64,000 bases of DNA from Candidatus Poribacteria bacterium (lineage in GTDB: Bacteria > Poribacteria > WGA-4E > WGA-3G). The position numbers and the translations under genes were made by a program. The stretch's first letter is position 1; each line of letters starts with the position of its first letter. The notes under the pieces are model-generated. The model saw nothing but the letters and a program-made list of their open reading frames with translations. It was not told where the DNA came from and did no database searches. The stretch covers positions 416,001-480,000 of the forward strand of contig OZ243938.1 in the NCBI GenBank assembly GCA_965214095.1, given 5' to 3'. Positions 57,267 through 64,000 of this stretch are shown here, one piece after another.

Positions 57267-58748
57267 TTAGTCAGTCGCGCCAATTTTGGCTGCTTCTGGT
57301 GCCCGAGTTGGAAGTTCTTTCTGTGCTAAAGTATCTTCGGGAACATAACCAGAATAATCAGAAATCTTACCGTGTGTCAATGCATAAACAACAACGTTTG
57401 TCATAAAGCGATAGACACCAGGTGAATAGTGGACACTACGTGTTGGCAGACTGACAGATTCCATCGCGCACATATAATCACGACGCACGACGAGGACCGA
57501 CAATTTATCGCCAACTGAGAATCCTTCAAGATAATTCCGTCTCGGAGGTCTTGTTCCCCACCAGAAAATATCAAATCCAACCGGAGGTCCACCCATTTCA
57601 TAGAAGTTATCATAAATCTCGTGTTGGTTGTCAACACGTTCAATCTGATATTCAGGCATGACATAACGCATCTGTGAAATGAACAACCGTACCATTGCTT
57701 GTGCAGGAGCATTCACACCGCAGTCATCAAAGACAAGGAATCCACCTCTTTCAACAAGGTATTTACGGAGACCAGCGGCTTCAGCTTCGGTAAATCTGCT
57801 ATCCATTTTACCACCACCATACTGTTTTCCGAGCAGGTTACGTGAACGCACCATTGCGGGATCATGACCTGTCAAGAATGCAAGTGGAGTCTTATATAAG
57901 TTTGCGTCTGTCAGTTTGAGAGAACCACCTTCAACGTTCATATCTGTTTTAATTTTGGTTTTCTCGTTGAGCCATTTGGTAAGCGCGTTCAAAGATGAAG
58001 AATCTGCCCACCAGTCAGAAAGTGTATGACGAATCCGTGTGAAACGAAGCACGCCACGAATGTCACGACCTTTACCGATGACACGTCCACCCGGTTCGCC
58101 TTTGGGTAATGGAGGAACTTCAACGTTCCCAAGTGTGATGCTCTCAGCAACATCACCCAACGCGTCACGGGCAACACCAACGTTTTCAACCATTGCTAAG
58201 CCAGCGGGACGTTTAAATGTCATTTTCACCTGCACTGGACTTCCTGCAATACCACGAGCAATGTTCGTGGGACCTGCGGAAGGCGCACTCGCTGCGGGTC
58301 CAGCAAATGCTAAAGCACTTGGTGCATCAGACACTGGAAGATCCGTATGTGTAACTACCTCAGGTATTGGTGCATTCGGATTAACTACCTTCGGCACATT
58401 TGGATTGATGGGTGCATCAACCTTCACTGCTTGGTTAGAAAACTGTAATGATGTTTGGGTTACATTTTCAGTTACCTTTGGCGAAAATGCTGTTGTTAAA
58501 CGGGGTTGAACTTGTACCTGTTCAATAACTACCGTGCTTTCTACCGGTACTATCGGCTTGACAATCTTTTCAACGATTGGTTTCCGCACTTTAGGTTTCG
58601 GCGGGTCTGGGGGTTCAAGTGTTTCAACCCCAACTAAATCCTTAAATGTCTGCGTTTGCGTCACAAAATAGAGACCCGCAATCGCAATAAGGAGTCCGTG
58701 AATCAGCAATGCAGTCATTAATGCTGCTGATGTTCTTTTTGCACTCAT
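57267..58748 (-). CDS. Membrane-anchored protein with Pro-rich linker and C-terminal DUF4159-like domain
   Basis: N-terminal TM with S/A..H (TonB-like); PPDPPKPK linker; PLAFLTGH, LRKYLVERGGFLVFDDC, HEIYDNFY, NVVVYALT. Confidence 0.75.
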   Translation of the reverse strand: MSAKRTSAALMTALLIHGLLIAIAGLYFVTQTQTFKDLVGVETLEPPDPPKPKVRKPIVEKIVKPIVPVESTVVIEQVQVQPRLTTAFSPKVTENVTQTSLQFSNQAVKVDAPINPNVPKVVNPNAPIPEVVTHTDLPVSDAPSALAFAGPAASAPSAGPTNIARGIAGSPVQVKMTFKRPAGLAMVENVGVARDALGDVAESITLGNVEVPPLPKGEPGGRVIGKGRDIRGVLRFTRIRHTLSDWWADSSSLNALTKWLNEKTKIKTDMNVEGGSLKLTDANLYKTPLAFLTGHDPAMVRSRNLLGKQYGGGKMDSRFTEAEAAGLRKYLVERGGFLVFDDCGVNAPAQAMVRLFISQMRYVMPEYQIERVDNQHEIYDNFYEMGGPPVGFDIFWWGTRPPRRNYLEGFSVGDKLSVLVVRRDYMCAMESVSLPTRSVHYSPGVYRFMTNVVVYALTHGKISDYSGYVPEDTLAQKELPTRAPEAAKIGATD

Positions 58749-58883
58749 TATTTCACCTCATAAATAATGTATCTTATTAGTTTTTGATACAACCTACTAA
58801 TACTAATAGTGTTACGAATCGTTTTTAATACAACCTACTAAAATAATTTGAAAAAGTATAATACTAAACCTACTACTATGCTA

Positions 58884-58900
58884 TGCAATTTATATGCCAA
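58884..58900 (-). promoter_or_regulatory. Sigma-54 (-24/-12) promoter
   Basis: Minus strand TTGGCATATAAATTGCA, exact GG-N10-GC spacing. Confidence 0.75.
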
Positions 58901-58950
58901 AACTGAAGTTCAAGTATATGCGATAGTATGGACTATAAGTGATAAGTTGT

Positions 58951-58997
58951 TGCACAATATTGTGCATCTCAAATCTTAAGCTGCACAAAATGGGGCA
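58951..58997. promoter_or_regulatory. Two enhancer-binding-protein sites
   Basis: Perfect palindrome TGCACAATATTGTGCA (58951-58966) and degenerate TGCACAAAATGGGGCA (58982-58997), 31 bp apart. Confidence 0.65.
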
Positions 58998-59402
58998 GCT
59001 TTCTCAACTATGGCACACAAAAATGTATATTGTTGATTTAATATATCAGATTTAGGTAAATTTGTAAACATCTTTTTTATTGTTCCACAGAGATATTTAG
59101 TTTTAAGATTTCGTAATTAATGATATGCCAATCCTTGCGGAAAGCTCAACCACAATTCACGGTAAGTAATTTTTGTATCCATTTCTCTGTTTCTCAATAT
59201 AGGGCGTACTAAAATTTTGAAAAACGCAAACATCCGATAAACCCGATGCCTACGCAATTTAGTCAAAATTACAGAGGGGCACTTTTTTAGTACCCTCCCC
59301 TAATTTGATACCTACAATTTATTGCCAAATTACAACTATTGTTCTGTCTACACTAATCTTGTCCGAATGGACACTCCACTATTGCTGTGTCCACTCTTAT
59401 TC

Positions 59403-59502
59403 ATGGTGAAGCATAGAATTATATCTACACTTTCTATCAACGGTAGGCGAGGTTGCCTAACCTCGCCTTAGCAAGGTGTAGAATTAATTCAATAATTTAC
59501 CA
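59403..59502. repeat. Second copy of the 100-bp REP-containing MITE-like element
   Basis: Colinear with 50290-50389. Confidence 0.75.
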
Positions 59503-59807
59503 AAATATCCAATATCTACTCAATTTACGTTAAGTTACTAATTGGTAAAATTGGTAATTTTTTGATCGGAAAAATCCAGTCATAGACAAGATTCGTGTAC
59601 AGAAAAAATTACCAATTGCCTAAAAGTATCAACACTATATCACTCTAATTGACATTTGGAAACGATTCTGTCTGAACGATCCGCAGTCTAAGAACCGCTA
59701 CTCAAATATGCTATCAAAATCGGCTGGACACGCGTGTCCAGATTAGAAGCCATGCAAATACGTGGTGGTAATATCTTCGGGTTTTATTTTAATGTAAACA
59801 AATCAGC

Positions 59808-60917
59808 CTATATACCCAAATTCTCAATTGTCTCAATTACATCTTTAACTTGGATTTTTGCCATGCAACCTTCTTCTCCAAATTTACATGAATCACCTTT
59901 GCAAGGAGGACAATCATATTTCTTCTGAATTACATCACATTTCTCACCTACAGGTCCAAACCTTGTCGGATCTCCTGGACCGTAAAGTCCAACCGTTGGT
60001 GTGCCTACAGCAGCAGCAAGATGCATAGGTCCACTATCATTACCGATAAACATACGACTATTCTTTAAAATAGATGCTAACTGTGGGATAGTTGTTTTTC
60101 CTACAATATTAGTGGAATTGTTCTTCATCAAATCTTGTATCTGTGTAACTATCTGGATTTCATCTGGCACACCGACAAACAGAATCTGTGCCTGTTTCTG
60201 GACAATCAACCAATCCGCCAATTCGGCAAATCGTTCTGGTTGCCACCTTTTTATACTAATTGGGGATCCTGGATGAATTGTGATTATAGGAAGTTCACAC
60301 TTTATATCTTGTTCTCCAAGAAATTTGGATGTCCATTCTTCGTTTTCTTCAGATATAGAAAACGTAGTGTTGAGTATAGGTGTTGGAATGCCAACTTGCT
60401 TGAGGACATCCAAATTTCTGCTTGATTCATGTCTGCTGCTAAACTTTTGAAAACCTAACTTATTTGTTATCTGAAGGGAAGCACGACATAAACGTCTTGG
60501 ACTTACCTTTAGGAAAGAAAACCAGATAATACGCCAATCTCCGCGTAGTTCTATTAACAGATCATAATTTTGATGACGCAATTGCTTTAAAAGTTGTCGT
60601 GTCTGACTTAATGATGTAGGCACTTCAGACCTACAAAATGCAGGGGAATTATACTCAATTACCTTATCTACATCGGGATGGTTTTCAAGAATAATACGAC
60701 TCCATTTTCCACAAAGAACGTGAAGTTCAGCATCTGGATATGCCTGTCCAAGATTAGAAAAAGCGGGAGTAGCTAATAGGACATCACCAATATGATCAAG
60801 TTTTACCACAAGTATACGGTTAGGTGAGAAGTCTTTAGACAGCCGTTGACCATACAATACCCACTGCACAAGTGAAGAAGCAATTAGTCTGAGAATTTCA
60901 GCTGCATTCTGAAGCAT
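59808..60917 (-). CDS. Glycosyltransferase family 9 (LPS heptosyltransferase-like)
   Basis: KLDHIGDVLLATP, KRW, IGNDSGPMHLAAAVGTPTVGLYGP. Confidence 0.92.
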   Translation of the reverse strand: MLQNAAEILRLIASSLVQWVLYGQRLSKDFSPNRILVVKLDHIGDVLLATPAFSNLGQAYPDAELHVLCGKWSRIILENHPDVDKVIEYNSPAFCRSEVPTSLSQTRQLLKQLRHQNYDLLIELRGDWRIIWFSFLKVSPRRLCRASLQITNKLGFQKFSSRHESSRNLDVLKQVGIPTPILNTTFSISEENEEWTSKFLGEQDIKCELPIITIHPGSPISIKRWQPERFAELADWLIVQKQAQILFVGVPDEIQIVTQIQDLMKNNSTNIVGKTTIPQLASILKNSRMFIGNDSGPMHLAAAVGTPTVGLYGPGDPTRFGPVGEKCDVIQKKYDCPPCKGDSCKFGEEGCMAKIQVKDVIETIENLGI

Positions 60918-60979
60918 TAATCTTGTCTACTTATCTTTGAAGAGATACACTCCAGTAGAATGTATTCAGATCACTAATC

Positions 60980-61111
60980 CTAGTGGAGCGTCTACATTAA
61001 TCTTGTAGGTCGGGTAGAGGCACGAAACCCGACATGCAGCCATTTATCATCAGTAAAGTCGGGTGTCGTCCCTCTACCCGACCTACAATGTCCGAATGGA
61101 CACTCCACTAG
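60980..61111. mobile_element. MITE with CTAGTGGAGYGTC inverted ends carrying an 85-bp REPIN
   Basis: CTAGTGGAGCGTC / GACACTCCACTAG; internal GTAGGTCGGGTAGAGG...CCTCTACCCGACCTAC; REPIN-less relative at 59346-59381. Confidence 0.75.
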
Positions 61112-61131
61112 TTCAGACATCACAACTGTCT

Positions 61132-62286
61132 TTAAGGATCAATCTGCTTATAGAATTGCTTTACTCCATCTGTGATTGTGAAAATCACTGCACTCTTAGT
61201 GGGTTGACGGAGTTCGTTATAGCTTGCAATGTTTGTGGCACCGACATAGTTATCTGTAACAGCGAGTTGATCACGAATTGCTTCTGAGTCCAAACTTCCC
61301 GCTCTCTCTATCGCTTCAAACAACAATTTTACTGCATCGTAACTGACTGCAACACCACCTGTCGGTGTGGATCCATAGATAGATTCATAAGTATCAACAA
61401 AAGCGCGTGCATTGGGTTCATCAGTATCCGGTGAAAAGTGTCCACTGAAGTAACTTCCTTCAATCTCTGCATTTTCATCATCAAATAACAGAATGCTGTC
61501 CCAAGAATCTGCGCCAAGAAATATAGTCGGTTCACCATTAGAATTCTGCATCGGTATTGCACGTGCTTGTTGCGTGATTGATGCAATATCTTGAACAAAG
61601 CCTGCAGTGAAGAGAGCATCTGGTTGCATCTCGGAAATGCGCGTTAGATGGTCTGTAAAGTCTGTAGTGTCTGCTTCATAGAATTCATGTATAGCCACAG
61701 TCCCGCCAAGCATATCAAAGTTTGTAGCAAAAAACTCTGAAATACCCTCAGTGTAAAGATCCCCTTTACGTGTTATGATCGCAGCAGTAGTAATACCGAG
61801 TTCCATTTTCGCAAATTGTGCCATGACTGCCCCTTGAAAACTGTCTGTGAAGGATGCCATGAAAACAAAATCACCCGCTTGTGTAACAGCAGGATTGGTA
61901 GCAGTTGTCGTCACCATCGGTATCCGATGTTTCTGTGCAACCGGTCCTACGACAGCAGCATGTGAAGATCGATTTGGACCAATCAGTGCAACGATACCGT
62001 CTTCAACAATTAATTCTTCCGCGAGTTGGACAGAATCATCCAGCACCGCCTCTGTGTTAATATGACCTATCAGTTCAACAGGCATGCCAAAAAGTCCACC
62101 TTGCTGATTGATTTCTGTTACAGCCATCTCTGCACCATTTGGATAAGTCACACGTTGACCAGCAACAATAAAACCTATTTTTATAGTCGGTTCAGGTTTA
62201 GGAGTCAGAACCCTTTTTACGTTATCACAACTCAAGGATGAAAATACGATTACACATAAAAACAATATTGTAAACAACTTCTGCAT
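61132..62286 (-). CDS. ABC transporter substrate-binding lipoprotein (LivJ/branched-chain amino acid family)
   Basis: Lipobox LSC; IKIG, INQQGG, IGPNRS, YDAV. Confidence 0.9.
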   Translation of the reverse strand: MQKLFTILFLCVIVFSSLSCDNVKRVLTPKPEPTIKIGFIVAGQRVTYPNGAEMAVTEINQQGGLFGMPVELIGHINTEAVLDDSVQLAEELIVEDGIVALIGPNRSSHAAVVGPVAQKHRIPMVTTTATNPAVTQAGDFVFMASFTDSFQGAVMAQFAKMELGITTAAIITRKGDLYTEGISEFFATNFDMLGGTVAIHEFYEADTTDFTDHLTRISEMQPDALFTAGFVQDIASITQQARAIPMQNSNGEPTIFLGADSWDSILLFDDENAEIEGSYFSGHFSPDTDEPNARAFVDTYESIYGSTPTGGVAVSYDAVKLLFEAIERAGSLDSEAIRDQLAVTDNYVGATNIASYNELRQPTKSAVIFTITDGVKQFYKQIDP

Positions 62287-62506
62287 ATTTAGTTCCTTTC
62301 AAATTGAAAAGTCAACTTTCAAAAAAATCCTTTTCTTTGTATCAAAATTCTGTTAAAATTAAATAACGTTTTCTGACAGTGTTCCTCCACTATTTACGAA
62401 CATAGTTTATTTGGAGGATAACTTCAGTGAATATACTTTAATTTATATCATTAAATGAATGAGATAAGCAAGTTATTTCTTAGTTTGTTGGATTGAATCA
62501 GAATCT

Positions 62507-63241
62507 ATGGAAACCATAATCACAGTGATAGGACGAGGACATTCTGGCACGCGTGCCATTTCACATACATTGTATGCAAGCGGGGTCTATATGGGAAGTC
62601 AACTGAATCCATCTGGAGATAAGATCCCACCTTTTGCTATGTACGACGCATGTAGAGTCATGGCAAAACACGTCAAATGGAAAGGAGGATTATCTTGGAA
62701 TTTCGATCCACTTTTCACAATGTCCATTGACCTCGAATTTGAGGAACTCATCAACACATATCTTAAGGATGTGTTACAGGACAAATCAGCATACAAAGGA
62801 TGGAAGATACCAGAGACAACACTTGTATACCCTTGGATAACAAGAATGTTTCCTGATATAAAATATATTCATTGGATTCGGGATCCAAGAGATTGTATAT
62901 TGGGTAGTCACAAAACAGATAATCTACGTGACTTTGGTATAGAGTATGAACATACTGATGATATCTACGAAAGACGCGCAATATCTTGGTACTATCAATA
63001 CCAGTTGATGAAAGCTACACCAAAACCGAAACATATTATTCAAATCCGCTTTGAAGATTTTGTGTTAAAGCAAGAGGAAACACTTAAAAAATTAGAAGAA
63101 TTTTTAGATATGCCGTTAGGGCGGATAATTGTCCGTCCAGAGGCGGTTGAACGTTGGAAACGGGTGGACCGACCTTGTGAATTACCATTCGGTTTTTTAC
63201 AAGAAGCAATCGTTGAAAATGGATATTCACTAACATTATAG
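62507..63241 (+). CDS. Sulfotransferase
   Basis: GRGHSGT 5'-PSB loop, GWKIP, IRDPRD...S, IRFEDF. Confidence 0.85.
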   Translation: METIITVIGRGHSGTRAISHTLYASGVYMGSQLNPSGDKIPPFAMYDACRVMAKHVKWKGGLSWNFDPLFTMSIDLEFEELINTYLKDVLQDKSAYKGWKIPETTLVYPWITRMFPDIKYIHWIRDPRDCILGSHKTDNLRDFGIEYEHTDDIYERRAISWYYQYQLMKATPKPKHIIQIRFEDFVLKQEETLKKLEEFLDMPLGRIIVRPEAVERWKRVDRPCELPFGFLQEAIVENGYSLTL

Positions 63242-63270
63242 TCCCATATACCATAAAGAGAGGAATACTT

Positions 63271-64000
63271 ATGCCAAAAAATGGAATATACCAAGTTGGA
63301 CTTGTTGGAACTGGCGGAATTGCCCGCGCACATGGCGGCGCCTGTCAACATGCACCAAGTGCTGAATTGGCTGCTATCTGTGATGTCTCTGAAGGTGCAG
63401 TAAAAGGGTTCGGTGAGCAGTTTGATGTACCTGAAGAAAAACGTTATACCGATATGGATGAGATGTTGGAAAAAGAGGATTTGGATATTGCTGTAATATG
63501 TACGTGGGGGGCTTTTCATGCTGAAGTTGGAATTCAAATCTCAAAGTCACGTCAAGTGAAAGCTATTCTATGTGAGAAACCTTTCACATCCACATCTGAA
63601 GAAGCAGAGGCATTCGTTGGGGCAGCACAAGACAACGGAATCCTCGTAGCAGAAGCGTTTAAGTTCCGGCACCATCCGATGCATATCAAAGCAAAAGAAT
63701 TAGTCGATTCAGGTGCAATCGGTGAATTTATGACACTCCGCAGCACCTTTTGTACCGGTGGTGGTGGCGGTGGTCCTGACACTCGTAAACCAGAAGCAAA
63801 TTGGCGGTTCAACAAAGCTAAGGGTGGTGGTAGTATATATGATTTGGCATGTTACAATATACACCATGCTCGGTTCATGTTCGGGGCAGAACCGATTCGC
63901 GTGTCAGGAGCATCTCAAGCAGGAATGGAAGTGGATGATGCTTCCTATCTACTCTTAGTGTTCCCTGATGAGAAAACTGCTCAGATTTCTACAGGTTTCA
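63271..64000 (+). CDS. Gfo/Idh/MocA oxidoreductase; runs off window end
   Basis: Manual translation MPKNGIYQVGLVGTGGIARAHG...ILCEKP...EAFKFRHHP...GGGSIYDLACY. Confidence 0.88.
   Translation, partial: MPKNGIYQVGLVGTGGIARAHGGACQHAPSAELAAICDVSEGAVKGFGEQFDVPEEKRYTDMDEMLEKEDLDIAVICTWGAFHAEVGIQISKSRQVKAILCEKPFTSTSEEAEAFVGAAQDNGILVAEAFKFRHHPMHIKAKELVDSGAIGEFMTLRSTFCTGGGGGGPDTRKPEANWRFNKAKGGGSIYDLACYNIHHARFMFGAEPIRVSGASQAGMEVDDASYLLLVFPDEKTAQISTGF

Noticed and set aside
47-63958. Numerous short ORFs overlapping larger genes (e.g. 47-232, 17247-17645, 46148-46624, 58039-58509, 63040-63537)
   Set aside because: Antisense or alternate-frame shadows of well-supported genes with no motifs of their own

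Overview
A 64-kb, roughly 40% GC bacterial chromosomal segment, most likely Candidatus Poribacteria. This is an inference from a LamG protein with a C-terminal 'TTTWARIK' motif, five Uma2 genes, PhyH dioxygenases, a sulfotransferase and UBact. Most of it is mixed metabolic and transport genes plus one tRNA-Asn. Main points: (1) a complete UBact/Pup-type conjugation and 20S proteasome operon (arc-dop-ubact-prcB-prcA-pafA) with non-canonical docking and propeptide motifs; (2) an 81-aa DUF5069-like gene missing from the ORF track, with an in-frame TGA at the conserved Cys position, a candidate selenoprotein; (3) an IS231-like IS4 element flanked by a 20-bp direct repeat that is a whole REP hairpin, nested among MITE shells of several IS types that each carry GTAG-REP/REPIN cargo, including a filled/empty site pair; (4) a sigma-54 promoter with two phased enhancer palindromes and a repeated leader in front of a DUF4159 gene; (5) an internally deleted HEPN toxin beside an intact MNT antitoxin; (6) several unusual domain fusions or insertions. 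All family names come from motif recognition by eye, not database searches.
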